A DNA stretch of 64,000 bases from an uncultured Spirochaetota bacterium (GCA_963820525.1 CAWGAA010000001.1:2176001-2240000), one strand, 5' to 3'. Counted from the stretch's first letter, positions 36,627 to 46,858 are shown. Notes: a model not told the origin generated them from the letters alone. Numbers and translations: made by a program.

Positions 36627-37024
36627 AAGCCATTCGGGGGGTCGCTGCGCTGCTTGCGCTCGTGCTCTGCGGCTGCGCGATGTCACTGATGTCCCCGGCG
36701 GTCGGCATCCCCGTGACGGCAGACTCCATCTCCCTGTCCTGGGACCCCCCCGCGGGAGGGCTTCCCGGCATGCTGGGGGTTTCCTCCTACAGGATCTATT
36801 ACCGGCCGCATGACACCCTCGCCTATACGATGATCGCAGAAGTTCCCGCGTCGAGCGGCACCTCCTATCAGCTGTCTCATGCGGCAATCGGGGACGGGCA
36901 GTTCGATTTCGCCGTGGCGGCGATCAATGGCATCGGCCTGTCGTCCGACCTGCACGAATCGGTGGATTGGAATGCCGCTCCGATGGGAGGATGGTATATA
37001 ATCTGGATCAATTCGCGCCGCTGA
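36623..37024 (+). CDS. Fibronectin type III domain lipoprotein
   Basis: Lipobox-like LCGC; SISLSWDPP, SSYRIYY, FAVAAING.GLSS. Confidence 0.72.
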   Translation: MKAIRGVAALLALVLCGCAMSLMSPAVGIPVTADSISLSWDPPAGGLPGMLGVSSYRIYYRPHDTLAYTMIAEVPASSGTSYQLSHAAIGDGQFDFAVAAINGIGLSSDLHESVDWNAAPMGGWYIIWINSRR

Positions 37025-37073
37025 CGGGTCCTCTCAGAGGAAAACCCTCATGCGATCGGAGGAGGAAAAAGTC

Positions 37074-37796
37074 ATGAATCAAGCGACCATGGCATTGCTT
37101 GCTGGCGGCGTTGCCGCACTGCTCTCCCTGGCGGCGCCCCGCCTGACGCAGGCAATGGCCGCCGACAATCCCCTGCAGGCCCCCGATTCTTTCGCGCCCG
37201 CCGCCGAGCCTGCCGAACCCGCCGCGCCCACGCAGCCCGCCATGCCCGTCGCCGCGCCCCCCGCACTGGACACCCAGCCGGCCAAAGCGGCAGACCCTCC
37301 GGCGAAGGCGGCCGGCCGACCCCTGGATCTGGGAATAATCTTCAACATCAACAACCCGCTGCAGAACCTGGAAAGCTACCAGGGGGGTCTCGGCATAAAG
37401 GCGATGTTCGGCGAGCAGGCGGTGCGCACCCTCGTCAACATCAGCTTCGACAGCACCGCTGGCTCCTTTGCCGTCAACCTGGGGGCCGCCTATGAGTACC
37501 ATCTCTTCCCCGAGCCTGTCTCTCCCTACCTCGGGCTCGCCGCAAAGGCGGGATACATGCGGCAGGATTCCAATGTCGCCGTCGTGCCGATTTCGGCCGG
37601 CGCCGTGCTTGGGGCCGAGATCTTCATCCTCGACTTTCTCTCCGTCTTCGCCGAATACGAGGTATCCTTTTCCGCTTCATGGCTCACCGACCTCACCTCT
37701 TCCGTGACCACCACAAACTACTGGCTCAGCACGGGGCTGGGCAACGACGGGAAGATCGGCATCGTGCTCTACTTCCAGCGCGCCCGAAAGGGCTGA
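37074..37796 (+). CDS. Putative outer-membrane beta-barrel protein with a Pro/Ala-rich linker
   Basis: GGAGGAGG RBS; signal peptide; amphipathic strands (SPYLG, GAEIF, SVFAEY, GIVLYF). Confidence 0.6.
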   Translation: MNQATMALLAGGVAALLSLAAPRLTQAMAADNPLQAPDSFAPAAEPAEPAAPTQPAMPVAAPPALDTQPAKAADPPAKAAGRPLDLGIIFNINNPLQNLESYQGGLGIKAMFGEQAVRTLVNISFDSTAGSFAVNLGAAYEYHLFPEPVSPYLGLAAKAGYMRQDSNVAVVPISAGAVLGAEIFILDFLSVFAEYEVSFSASWLTDLTSSVTTTNYWLSTGLGNDGKIGIVLYFQRARKG

Positions 37797-37854
37797 AGGC
37801 GAGGGGCAACTTTTCTTTGTTGCCCTCCGCCGCGGCGGAACGTATTTTACCCCT

Positions 37855-39495
37855 ATGAATTCGGATGACGCATCGCTTGCCCCCTGGGGCGAAAGCTTCC
37901 CCCTCCCCACGGCCGACGATGATCGGGCCGAGATGGATCGTCTGCGCAAGCTCGTGGATGAAAACAGGGAGGCGGGCCGCCAGATCGTCGTCGTGGTAGG
38001 GCTCGGCTTCGTCGGTTCGGTCATGGCCGCCGTTGTCGCGGATGCGATGGATGGCAGGGGACGCCCCGCAAAGTTCGTGATCGGCCTCGACCGCCGCCTG
38101 CCCGCAACCTTCTGGAAAATTCCCGTGCTCAATCGAGGCGACTCTCCGGTAAGCGCAGACGATCCCGAAGTGGCTCCCCTCATCAGGCGATGCGCGGTGG
38201 AGAAGAAAACCCTCACCGCCACCTGGGCTCTCGACGCGCTCTCTCTGGCGGACGTCGTCGTGGTGGACATCCAGTGCGACTACGTCAAGGAAACACTGGG
38301 AAACGTGCGCAAGGGCACCGTCGACATGCTGGCCCTCGAGGATGTGTTCGAGAAGATCGGCGCCAAGGTGGATCCGGGCACCCTCGTTCTCATCGAGACA
38401 ACGGTTGCCCCGGGCACCACCGAACAGGTCGCCCTGCCCATCATCAAGAAGGCTTTCGAAAAGAGAGGGATCGCCGAGGAGCCCCTGCTGGCCCACAGCT
38501 ACGAGCGGGTGATGCCGGGCAAGGATTACGTGGCCTCGGTTCGCGACTACTGGCGGGTGTGCAGCGGCGTCAACGCAAAGGCGAGCGACGGCGTGACCCG
38601 GTTCCTCAAGAGCGTGTTGAACACCGAGAAATATCCCCTCACGGTCCTGGACCGCCCCATCGAGAGCGAGACCGCCAAGATCATCGAGAACAGCTACCGG
38701 GCAACGATCCTCGCCTTCATGGACGAATGGTCCATGTTCGCCGAGCGCAACGGCATCGACATGAAACGGGTAATCGAGGCCATCAGGATGCGGCCGACGC
38801 ACTCCAATATCCTTTTCCCCGGCCCGGGGATCGGGGGCTACTGCCTGCCGAAGGACGGCGGGCTCGGCATCTGGTCGTACAGGCACATCCTGGGCTGGGA
38901 GGACGATATCTTCCGCGTGACCCCCCTGGCGATAGATATCAACGACGGCAGGGCGCTGCACGTCCCGCAGATGGTCCGCGACGCGCTTCGAAACATGGGG
39001 GAATCGATCTCCTCGGCCGACGTGCTCGTGCTGGGAGTCTCCTACAGGGAAGACGTGGGAGACACCCGTTACAGCGGCTCTGAGCTCATCGTGAGACGCC
39101 TCTCGGAGATGGGAGCCGCGCTGCGCGTCCATGACCCATACGTGGAGCGCTGGCCCGAGCTCGAGTACCAGGACAGCTACCCCGCGGGCGACCACTCGAA
39201 GGCGCGTTTCTTCGACAGGCAGTCGCGGCTTTCCGAGCTGCGCCTGGAGAAGGACATGTGGGCGGCCATGAAGGGCGTCAAGGCGATCGTGATGGCGGTG
39301 CGCCATTCACAGTATCTGGAAATGGATCCGGACGAGGTGCTCAAGGCGGTCGGGAAGCCCTTCGCCATGATAGACTGCTTTCTCGTCCTGGACGACAAGA
39401 AGATCAGGCGCTACCTCGAGCTGGGTTGCGAAGTGAAAGGCCTCGGGAGGGGACATATAAAAAGGATCAAGGAGAGCATCCGAAAGGGATGTTGA
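37855..39495 (+). CDS. Nucleotide-sugar dehydrogenase (UDP-GlcNAc/UDP-glucose/GDP-mannose dehydrogenase family)
   Basis: GLGFVG, ETTVAPGTT, ERVMPG, AKIIENSYR, GIGGYCLPKD, GVSYREDVGDTR. Confidence 0.9.
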   Translation: MNSDDASLAPWGESFPLPTADDDRAEMDRLRKLVDENREAGRQIVVVVGLGFVGSVMAAVVADAMDGRGRPAKFVIGLDRRLPATFWKIPVLNRGDSPVSADDPEVAPLIRRCAVEKKTLTATWALDALSLADVVVVDIQCDYVKETLGNVRKGTVDMLALEDVFEKIGAKVDPGTLVLIETTVAPGTTEQVALPIIKKAFEKRGIAEEPLLAHSYERVMPGKDYVASVRDYWRVCSGVNAKASDGVTRFLKSVLNTEKYPLTVLDRPIESETAKIIENSYRATILAFMDEWSMFAERNGIDMKRVIEAIRMRPTHSNILFPGPGIGGYCLPKDGGLGIWSYRHILGWEDDIFRVTPLAIDINDGRALHVPQMVRDALRNMGESISSADVLVLGVSYREDVGDTRYSGSELIVRRLSEMGAALRVHDPYVERWPELEYQDSYPAGDHSKARFFDRQSRLSELRLEKDMWAAMKGVKAIVMAVRHSQYLEMDPDEVLKAVGKPFAMIDCFLVLDDKKIRRYLELGCEVKGLGRGHIKRIKESIRKGC

Positions 39496-39546
39496 AAAAC
39501 AAAGGGACCCCTAGGGCGTCGTGGAATCCCTCCACGTGGTGGTAAC

Positions 39547-41316
39547 ATGAGAGTCAAATGTCTCGTTTTTCTGGCCCTGGTCGCGCTCATCCCCGCTGGT
39601 TTTGCCCAGCAGACGGGGCAGGCGCCGACGCCGTCCACCGTCGGCCAATCGTCGCCGGGCGCTGCCAGCATCCCGCTCGCCATTTCAACTCCGGACTACC
39701 CCGTCACGCCGGGAGACACCTTTACCCTGAGCTACTACCAGGCAGGAGTGCTTTCCAACGTCTCCATCCTCGTTCAAAGCGATTACGGCATCGACTTGGG
39801 TTTCTTCGGGAAGGTGAACGCGCTGGGAAAGACTTTCGCGCAGTTGAAGCCCATCGTCAGCCAGATGGTTTCAAACATCTATCCCCGCGGAGCGCCGTCC
39901 CTGTCCATCTCTTCACTCGGCGCTTTTCTCGTATTGGTCAAGGGCGAGGTCCCCCAGACCCGCTATGTCCAGGCATGGGGCCTGTCGCGCTTAAGCGAAA
40001 TCGTGGCTCAGGCGGCCGGGCCCTTTTCATCGCTCCGCGACGTTCAGGTCGTCTTGAAAGACGGCACCTCCATCCAGTACGACCTCTACAAGGCGAAACG
40101 GCTGGGCGCGGAAGATCAGGACCCCTACGTGAAGCCGGGGGAATCAATCGTGCTTTCACGGGCGGCCCTCACTGTCCAGATGAAAGGCGAGGTGAAGGTT
40201 CCCGGCGCATACCAGCTCCTGCCGGGAGAGGATCTGGCGACGTTGATAAAAGACTACGGCCGGGGGCTCACCAGCGACGGCGAGGGCTCCCGCGTTGCTA
40301 TAGACCGGTACTCGCAGGCGACGGTGAAAACGCTCTTCGTGGACGTGACGCAGACCTCCGACGATCCCATAGCCCTTCAAGACGGTGACGTTGTCCGCGT
40401 GCCTTCGATCACCGCGGGTCTCCCGGTCGTGTACTTCGAGGGCGCCGTCATCCCCGCCGCAATCACGACTCCATCAGCCGGCGCCGCACCGCAGGCTCCC
40501 GCTTCCCCGCCGGCAGCGGGCCCCTCGCCGGCCCCGGGGCAGGCCGCACTCGGGGAGCTTTCCGGCTACAGCAGGGTAACGTACGCCTTCAGGAAGGGGG
40601 AGACGCTCTATGACGCCGTTCTCGCCGTGCGCTCCTCCATATCGCCCCTTGCCAACCTGCGCGCGGCCAGCATCATGACGGTGGGCACACAGCCCAGGGG
40701 GGTGGACCTGGAAAGGCTCCTCTCCGTGGACGACTCGACTCGTGCCATCCCGCTGGAGCCCTTCGAGCGGATCATGATCCCCTTCACCGGCTTTTTCGTC
40801 TTCATCTCAGGCTCGGTGACAAATCCAGGGAGCTACCCGTACTCCCCCAATCAGAACTATCGCTATTACCTCGCCCTGGTAGGCGCACCCGAGCCCGAGA
40901 ACCCGCAGGGAAGCATCATCATCACCAACGCGGAGGGAAACCCCCGCGGCTTCACGGATCTCATCCAACCCGGAGACACGATCACGGTGGCACCTTCCCA
41001 GGTCACGGTCTGGGGGGCAGTCGTCGCGCCGGGCAACTTCACCTTCGCTCCCGGTCATGACGCTTCCTATTACATCGGCCTCGCGGGCGGCATTGATTCG
41101 AACAAGAACACCAACGGCGCCTACGCGGTGACCGACTCCCGGGGCAAGGCGCGCGATCTCAAGGACCAGCTGCGCCCCGGTGACAGGATCCACATGCTGG
41201 AGAACAGCTTCGTGTACAACTTCAACCTCTACTTCCCCGTGATCGGCTCCACGGTGGCGCTCGTGGCGGCGGTCGCCGGCATCACGCAGGTCATCATCGG
41301 GCTTCTGCCCAAGTAA
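39547..41316 (+). CDS. Polysaccharide export protein with multiple SLBB domains (Wza/KpsD-like)
   Basis: Signal peptide; YPVTPGD, VKGEV, GEVKVPGAY, ISGSVTNPGSY, WGAVVAPG, YYIGLAGG; C-terminal helix. Confidence 0.85.
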   Translation: MRVKCLVFLALVALIPAGFAQQTGQAPTPSTVGQSSPGAASIPLAISTPDYPVTPGDTFTLSYYQAGVLSNVSILVQSDYGIDLGFFGKVNALGKTFAQLKPIVSQMVSNIYPRGAPSLSISSLGAFLVLVKGEVPQTRYVQAWGLSRLSEIVAQAAGPFSSLRDVQVVLKDGTSIQYDLYKAKRLGAEDQDPYVKPGESIVLSRAALTVQMKGEVKVPGAYQLLPGEDLATLIKDYGRGLTSDGEGSRVAIDRYSQATVKTLFVDVTQTSDDPIALQDGDVVRVPSITAGLPVVYFEGAVIPAAITTPSAGAAPQAPASPPAAGPSPAPGQAALGELSGYSRVTYAFRKGETLYDAVLAVRSSISPLANLRAASIMTVGTQPRGVDLERLLSVDDSTRAIPLEPFERIMIPFTGFFVFISGSVTNPGSYPYSPNQNYRYYLALVGAPEPENPQGSIIITNAEGNPRGFTDLIQPGDTITVAPSQVTVWGAVVAPGNFTFAPGHDASYYIGLAGGIDSNKNTNGAYAVTDSRGKARDLKDQLRPGDRIHMLENSFVYNFNLYFPVIGSTVALVAAVAGITQVIIGLLPK

Positions 41317-41319
41317 GGA

Positions 41320-43203
41320 TCACCGACCCTCCGGTATTATACGGACCGAATGGATGGGAAACCCGCCGTCGTGGCGGTACTGGAGGATCTGGGCTTCGGG
41401 AAGGCGCGTAAAGGTACCGTCGCTGACGTGCACCCCGTAACCGCCGGGGTAGTGAAGGCGCGGCACGAAAATTTCGGTGGGAGCGCTCACCGCCGGATCG
41501 TGGCGGAACTCGAACTCGAAGACCCTCCGGCGCATGTCGAACCGCATCCGAAGCGCCTCCCCGGCCACGGCGCGCGGATACGGGCGCACTGCAGCGCGGA
41601 GCGCCCTTCCGCCGGAATTGATATCGGAGGGGTCGGTCCTCTGATCCGGGCTGAAGAGGGAGAGGTCCTCTCCGTTCCAGCCGTCGCCGCGGGCGTTTGT
41701 GTTCGTCGCTGTATAGTTGAAGAGCACGGCGGAGAGGAGGTTCTCCTCGACCGCGTGAAAGCTCCTGTCGAGGGCCCGCTCCTGGGCGCTGAAGTCCCCT
41801 GTCCTGTACGCCCTTCCTCCGTCCAGGTCGAAGGGCACCCCGAACTCGCCGAGCAGGGTTGGGGCGCCGCCTAGCCGCTCGGCGGCCAGGCTGCAAAGCC
41901 CGGCGAGCTGGACGCCGAACGACCTTTGCACGCGGCGGCGGCCGACGACGAGCCTCTGGGTCCGGGAGTCCGCTCCCAGGAACGGCGAAAAGTGCTTCCT
42001 CATGAGGGTGAAGCCGTCGTACCAGTGCGGGGCGAACGCGATCCCGGGCTCGTCCTCCGCCGTCCACCGGGGAGGGGCGCGGCCTGACTCGGCTTCCAAG
42101 AAGATCGCGGCCCGAGGATCAGCGGCGCGCAGTGCGCGAGCGAAGCGGTTGGCGAAGGGCCGATAGTAGTCCTGCGTGAAGTCAACGGGTCTGCCGTTGA
42201 CCAGCGCGAAGCAATCGGGACGAAGCGCCACGGGCCTCCCTTTGGCATCGAGATCCCACACACCGTTCATCCGCCACGGGCAGTCGCTGCCGCTTTTCCA
42301 TGCGCGCTTCCCCGCGGGATTGAGCAGGCGATCGCCCGCCCGCGTAAAGCCGGCAAGCCCGATCCGCCATACGGGAACCGCTTGAGGAATCCCGGAGGCG
42401 AGCGCCATGCCCTGGAGCGGAGAGGGGCATTCTCCCAACAAGAGCGGCCCACCCGCCGCGGTGAGATCGCGCCATCCGATGTAGCCGGCAAGCGGCTCGT
42501 TCATCGTGTCATAGCCGACCACATTGGGCTGGGCCTTGAGAGCCTCCGCGATCTTCGCTATGGAGTCGATGTAATGGCGTTGAAGGAACTCCTGCGCCGG
42601 CTCTCCGTACAGCTTAGTCGCTGGAGCGAAATCGTTTCCCCCGAAAAATAAGGTGAACATGGTCGCCGCGGCCAGCTTGTACCCGTTGGTGGGCCAGATC
42701 ATCCGAGGAAGCGTCCCGTCGTGAGCCTGGGGAAGGATCGCGGCCCCAGTTTCCTCCAGGGCGGACATGTCCAATCCCACAGCCTCGAGGGTCCACCCCG
42801 GCGCGCCGTCCCCTCCCGTGAAGCGGCTCCACACATCCTGGTGAGGGTCAACCAGGACGCTGATTCCATGACCCTCCGCCCTCTCGACGATCGCCCTGAG
42901 GTACTCGAGGTATTCCCTGTCGTAGATGCCGGGGCCCCCGTGTTCCACGGCTTCCCAGCTCGTCATGAGGCGGATCAAGGTGAAGCCCCATTCGCGGAGG
43001 CGCCTGAAGTGCTCATCGGCATGCTCGAGGGGAAAAGGCCTGCCCACAAAGGATGCGAGCCGGTGCTCAAGGGAACCGGCTCCAGCGTGTGGAGAGCCTT
43101 CCGGGGACGCTGGCAGCTTGCAGGCCCCATCCACTCCGATCCCCCGCAGCATGAGGGTGCGGCCGCTCTCGTCCGTGAAGCGGGTCCTATCGAGGAGAAT
43201 CAT
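41320..43203 (-). CDS. Glycoside hydrolase family 5 (endoglycoceramidase/steryl-beta-glucosidase-like)
   Basis: FVGRPFPL, WEAVEH.GPG.YD, DPHQDVWSR, catalytic NEP and GEFG, RPYP. Confidence 0.9.
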   Translation of the reverse strand: MILLDRTRFTDESGRTLMLRGIGVDGACKLPASPEGSPHAGAGSLEHRLASFVGRPFPLEHADEHFRRLREWGFTLIRLMTSWEAVEHGGPGIYDREYLEYLRAIVERAEGHGISVLVDPHQDVWSRFTGGDGAPGWTLEAVGLDMSALEETGAAILPQAHDGTLPRMIWPTNGYKLAAATMFTLFFGGNDFAPATKLYGEPAQEFLQRHYIDSIAKIAEALKAQPNVVGYDTMNEPLAGYIGWRDLTAAGGPLLLGECPSPLQGMALASGIPQAVPVWRIGLAGFTRAGDRLLNPAGKRAWKSGSDCPWRMNGVWDLDAKGRPVALRPDCFALVNGRPVDFTQDYYRPFANRFARALRAADPRAAIFLEAESGRAPPRWTAEDEPGIAFAPHWYDGFTLMRKHFSPFLGADSRTQRLVVGRRRVQRSFGVQLAGLCSLAAERLGGAPTLLGEFGVPFDLDGGRAYRTGDFSAQERALDRSFHAVEENLLSAVLFNYTATNTNARGDGWNGEDLSLFSPDQRTDPSDINSGGRALRAAVRPYPRAVAGEALRMRFDMRRRVFEFEFRHDPAVSAPTEIFVPRLHYPGGYGVHVSDGTFTRLPEAQILQYRHDGGFPIHSVRIIPEGR

Positions 43204-43351
43204 CGAGGACGATTCTGGGAGAAACCTTCCACTCTTTCAAGAGCGGACGGTTCCAGGGGCGGCCATAGGTACGGACCCCCTTTCTCCATCGGGGTGGTCG
43301 CTCTTTCCGCTCCCTACCCTGGAAATAGTACATTCCCATATGGAAGATTTT

Positions 43352-44329
43352 ATGAGCGGCGACATCCACGGCATCCACCACATCACGGCAATCGGGGGAG
43401 ACCCCAAGACCAACATCGGCTTCTATGCCGGCGTTCTCGGACTGCGCCTGGTCAAGAAAACCGTCAACTACGACGATCCCGAAACCTACCATCTCTACTA
43501 TGGAGACGAGAGGGGCGCGCCCGGAACGATTGTGAGCTTCTTTCCCTGGACCTCTCAGGCCCCGAAAGGGCGAGCGGGCCCAGGGCAGGTTGTATCGATC
43601 GCATTCGCGGCTCCGCGAGGATCCCTGGAGTACTGGCTTTCCAGGCTCCGTCAGGCCGGCTTCCATCCCGAAGGTCCTTCCAGCCTGTTCGAAGAATCGT
43701 ACATCGGCTTCTCCGATCCCGATGGGCTCTCCCTCCAGATCGTGGCCTCTGAAGACCCTCGCCGGACTTCCACTTTCGCCAGTGCCATGCCGCCAGAATA
43801 CGCCATTCGGGGGATCCACCACGCCGGGATCTGCGTGTCGGATCCCCGGCCGACCGTCGATTTCCTGACCTCGGTGCTGGGCTTGCGGCTGAAAAACGAG
43901 TCTCGAGAGCGGATGCGTTTTGCGGCGGAAGGAGAGAGCCCGGGAACAATGGCTGATGTCCTCCCCCGTCCCGGCGATCCGCGCGGCCTCATGGGAGTGG
44001 GTACCGTCCACCATATTGCATGGAGGACCGCGGACCAGGAAGCGCAGAGAACGGTTCGAGAGCGGCTATTGGGCTCCAGGATTAAGGCCACCCCCGTGAT
44101 CGACCGCACCTACTTTCATTCCGTGTATTACCATGAACCGGGGGAAAACCTCTTCGAGATCGCCACGGACCCGCCGGGTTTCACCGTAGACGAGCCGCTG
44201 GAGGATCTGGGCTCCGAGTTGAAGCTTCCCCGCTGGCTGGAGCCGAGGCGGGCTGCCATAGAGAAGGCCCTTCCACCCCTGGCATCCGGTGGAGGACCCG
44301 ACGAGGGATCTCTCAGGCGGGCGGGATGA
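43352..44329 (+). CDS. Ring-cleaving dioxygenase (VOC family, MhqO-like)
   Basis: GIHHITA, LRLVKKTVN.DDP..YHLYY, GTVHHIAW, DRTYFHSVY, FEIATDPPGF. Confidence 0.92.
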   Translation: MSGDIHGIHHITAIGGDPKTNIGFYAGVLGLRLVKKTVNYDDPETYHLYYGDERGAPGTIVSFFPWTSQAPKGRAGPGQVVSIAFAAPRGSLEYWLSRLRQAGFHPEGPSSLFEESYIGFSDPDGLSLQIVASEDPRRTSTFASAMPPEYAIRGIHHAGICVSDPRPTVDFLTSVLGLRLKNESRERMRFAAEGESPGTMADVLPRPGDPRGLMGVGTVHHIAWRTADQEAQRTVRERLLGSRIKATPVIDRTYFHSVYYHEPGENLFEIATDPPGFTVDEPLEDLGSELKLPRWLEPRRAAIEKALPPLASGGGPDEGSLRRAG

Positions 44330-44964
44330 GCGCCGTGAAGAACCTCCATCTCGGGCAAAGCGTGTCGTTCGCCGGGGAGGAGCTGGGCAAGGCGCGCGCG
44401 GCCGCCATCCTCCTTCACGGCCGGGGGGCTACAGCCGAGGACATTCTGACACTCGCCTATGAGCTGGATCACCCCGGCCTCGCCTTCCTGGTGCCTCAAG
44501 CGGCTGACAGGACATGGTATCCGTTCAATCTCCTCGAGCCTCTTGAAAAAAACTGGGAGGGAATCCGCTCGGGGTTCGAGGTGATCGAATCGCTTCTCCG
44601 CCTGCTCTCGGCAAAAGGGATAGAGCCCAAGAGAGTGCTTATCGCGGGCTTCTCCCAGGGTGCGTGCCTTGCCCTGGAGTTCGCGGCGTCCCATGCCCGC
44701 CGCTACGGGGGGGTGGCGGGGCTGAGCGGTGGGCTCATCGGCCCCGAGGGGACGCCCAGGGACTACTCCCTGGAGGGCACCCCGATCTTTCTGGGATGCA
44801 GCGACACGGACCCCTACATACCCAAGGAGCGGGTCCTGGAAACCGCCCGCGCCATGGAGCGGCTCGGGGGAGCCGTCACTCAACGCCTCTATCCCGGCGG
44901 CGAGCACGCCGTGAACGCCGACGAGGTAGCCTTCCTTCAGGAGCTGATCCGGCTTCAAATGTAG
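44326..44964 (+). CDS. Phospholipase/carboxylesterase (alpha/beta hydrolase, MhqD-like)
   Basis: LLHGRG, WYP, GFSQG nucleophile motif, DPYIP, EH. Confidence 0.9.
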   Translation: MSAVKNLHLGQSVSFAGEELGKARAAAILLHGRGATAEDILTLAYELDHPGLAFLVPQAADRTWYPFNLLEPLEKNWEGIRSGFEVIESLLRLLSAKGIEPKRVLIAGFSQGACLALEFAASHARRYGGVAGLSGGLIGPEGTPRDYSLEGTPIFLGCSDTDPYIPKERVLETARAMERLGGAVTQRLYPGGEHAVNADEVAFLQELIRLQM

Positions 44965-45074
44965 TCCCGCCTGCCCGCCACGCCCTGGATCCGTTCGCCG
45001 CCCAACATGCGTTTGACGTTCTGGACAGCCCTGCGGGTGCCTTCCATCGCCGCCTCGGGCGTCATGCCCGAGTT
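44955..45074 (-). pseudogene. 3' remnant resembling the C-terminus of a D-2-hydroxyacid/phosphoglycerate dehydrogenase
   Basis: Manual translation NSGMTPEAAMEGTRRAVQNVKRMLGGERIQGVAGRRDYI*; an in-frame TAG lies just upstream; GC-rich codon pattern. Confidence 0.5.
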
Positions 45075-45343
45075 AAAGAACTACGTCAGCTGAGCTGAGC
45101 CCAGGGATAAGCTCCTCAGAGGCCAAGCGCTCATCAATCGCTATACGAGTGTATGGTGATAATCTAATATAGAGATATTAGAGATAATAGATTTAAAATA
45201 AAAATGGCAAAAGCGGTCCAACAAACACTCCCATGCGGTTTTCGGAGGGCGTTGCTTCAAAATGATATAATGGAGATAATTGTGCTATTGGCTAATCGTT
45301 AGGCACGAAATCTTCTTAATAAACATTTGCAGAATACTTCGAT

Positions 45344-45372
45344 TTGACTCGACTCAGCGCCAAAACGATAAT
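45344..45372 (+). promoter_or_regulatory. Upstream sigma70-type promoter (P2) of the porin-like gene
   Basis: TTGACT-17 nt-GATAAT. Confidence 0.55.
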
Positions 45373-45456
45373 ATTATGTTGCGGGACGATAACGTTCGTC
45401 GATAAATCTACAATACAACAATTTACATCAATATTTAAAAAGCAAAAAAAAAAACC

Positions 45457-45485
45457 TTGACAGTAAAAATTATGATTGCTATAAT
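45457..45485 (+). promoter_or_regulatory. Consensus sigma70 promoter with extended -10 and A-tract UP element
   Basis: TTGACA-17 nt-TATAAT, with TG at the extended -10 position and a poly-A tract just upstream. Confidence 0.9.
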
Positions 45486-45571
45486 GCCAAGCACTTAATA
45501 CTAGAATAGGGGTGATGACCTAAGGCCGTTGGCTTTGCATCCCCCCCGAAAAATCATTAAGGAGGGACTGA

Positions 45572-46690
45572 ATGAAGAAAGCTCTAGTTTTAGGAGTGAT
45601 TCTCCTAGCCGTTAGCTCTCTGGCCTTCGCCGATACCGGCATGGGGATGTGGGGCCGCACGGCATTCGACCTTGCAAAGGGTGAATCGGGTACCGGCGCA
45701 TCGACAGACATCACCCAGGATTTTGGCGTCTCTTTCTGGCCTGGTCAGCCTCGTGAGAACGTGAACTTGTGGTTCAGCAGCGATAAGGCTGCTTTCAACT
45801 TCACGGCTTATTTCTGGGGAGCGAAGTTGGACGATGGCCAGGGATTTGGCGTATACAACGGCTTGGTGAACGCCTATGGAACCCTGAAGCTGGTCCCCGA
45901 TATGTTCACCCTGTTGATCGGCAAGTTCACCGGTGATGGTTGGGACAATTTCAGGAAGACATCTCCGCACCCCATTCATGATGTGAACAACGGAAACGTC
46001 GGCCGCATCAACGGATGGGCAATCATCGGCGACGTGCAGCCCAAGGATACCGGGATCGAAGTCGCCCTTGCGTGGTTGACCGCTGGCCCCGGGACAATTC
46101 CCAACACACTGGCTGGCAACGCGCGGAACGTCGTTGCTGCCGCTTCCTACACCATGCCCAACACCGTGAAGATCAGCGCTGGATCGACCACAGCCAATCT
46201 TGATGACGAAACAGTCGCCTCGGGTGCTACGCACGAAAATCAGTTGGACAGGAACGTGTTTGGCCGTGTTGAGCTGCTCATGGTCCCCAATCTCACCCTC
46301 TGGGTTGATGCGAAGTACTGGGGCTTTGATGCCAAGCCGACCAGCCAGACGAATATCCAGGCTGAGCTTGCTGCTGCATACAGCATGGATGCCCTCACTG
46401 TCGTGCTTGCTGCCACGTTCGGCAACGGCGAAGTTTTTGGAATCACAAAATCTGAATCAGCATATGCAGTTTATCCTGAGGTGTACTATAACCTCGGAGT
46501 TGCGACGATCGGGCTCTATGCTAAGGTAGGCGGAAGCACAATCACGGACAGCGGGATTGGCTATGCCTTTGAGCCCTACGTGAAACTGAACGACTTCAAC
46601 CTGAGGCTCAGCTTCTACTACACGGGCAGCACTGCAACTGGCGCGATCTCCACTTTTGAGGTCCCGATCCTCATCGACTTCAGCTTCTAA
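45572..46690 (+). CDS. Putative major outer-membrane/porin-like beta-barrel protein
   Basis: AAGGAGG RBS; signal peptide ending SLAFA; alternating aromatic beta-strands; C-terminal Phe (IDFSF); own promoter and terminator. Confidence 0.75.
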   Translation: MKKALVLGVILLAVSSLAFADTGMGMWGRTAFDLAKGESGTGASTDITQDFGVSFWPGQPRENVNLWFSSDKAAFNFTAYFWGAKLDDGQGFGVYNGLVNAYGTLKLVPDMFTLLIGKFTGDGWDNFRKTSPHPIHDVNNGNVGRINGWAIIGDVQPKDTGIEVALAWLTAGPGTIPNTLAGNARNVVAAASYTMPNTVKISAGSTTANLDDETVASGATHENQLDRNVFGRVELLMVPNLTLWVDAKYWGFDAKPTSQTNIQAELAAAYSMDALTVVLAATFGNGEVFGITKSESAYAVYPEVYYNLGVATIGLYAKVGGSTITDSGIGYAFEPYVKLNDFNLRLSFYYTGSTATGAISTFEVPILIDFSF

Positions 46691-46710
46691 TTCCTGAAAG
46701 AAGATCGCAG

Positions 46711-46740
46711 AAAGCGCGCTCATCCGAGCGCGCTTTTTTT
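46711..46740 (+). terminator. Intrinsic (Rho-independent) terminator
   Basis: AAAGCGCGCTC-ATCC-GAGCGCGCTTT followed by a T-run. Confidence 0.92.
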
Positions 46741-46858
46741 ATTTTCCCCCCTTTTCAATCGCGTGCCTTGTGCTTGAATTTTCCTGCCCGAGAGTGCAAT
46801 AGTGTTAGGGGCTCGGTTTTAAATTCCATGGCATAATATTAGCAGGGAGGAGCAGCCC

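Noticed and set aside
42926..43351. N-terminal extensions of ORF-track calls (e.g. dioxygenase from 42926, hemB from 3094, wecB from 11069, GT4 from 31123)
   Set aside because: The extensions overlap neighbouring genes and are not protein-like. Starts were reassigned using RBS, stop/start overlaps and family N-termini.
46829..46844. TGGCAT-AATAT-TAGCA sigma54-like motif before the lipoprotein gene
   Set aside because: The implied transcription start would fall downstream of the gene's strong GGAGG RBS, and the motif has two mismatches.
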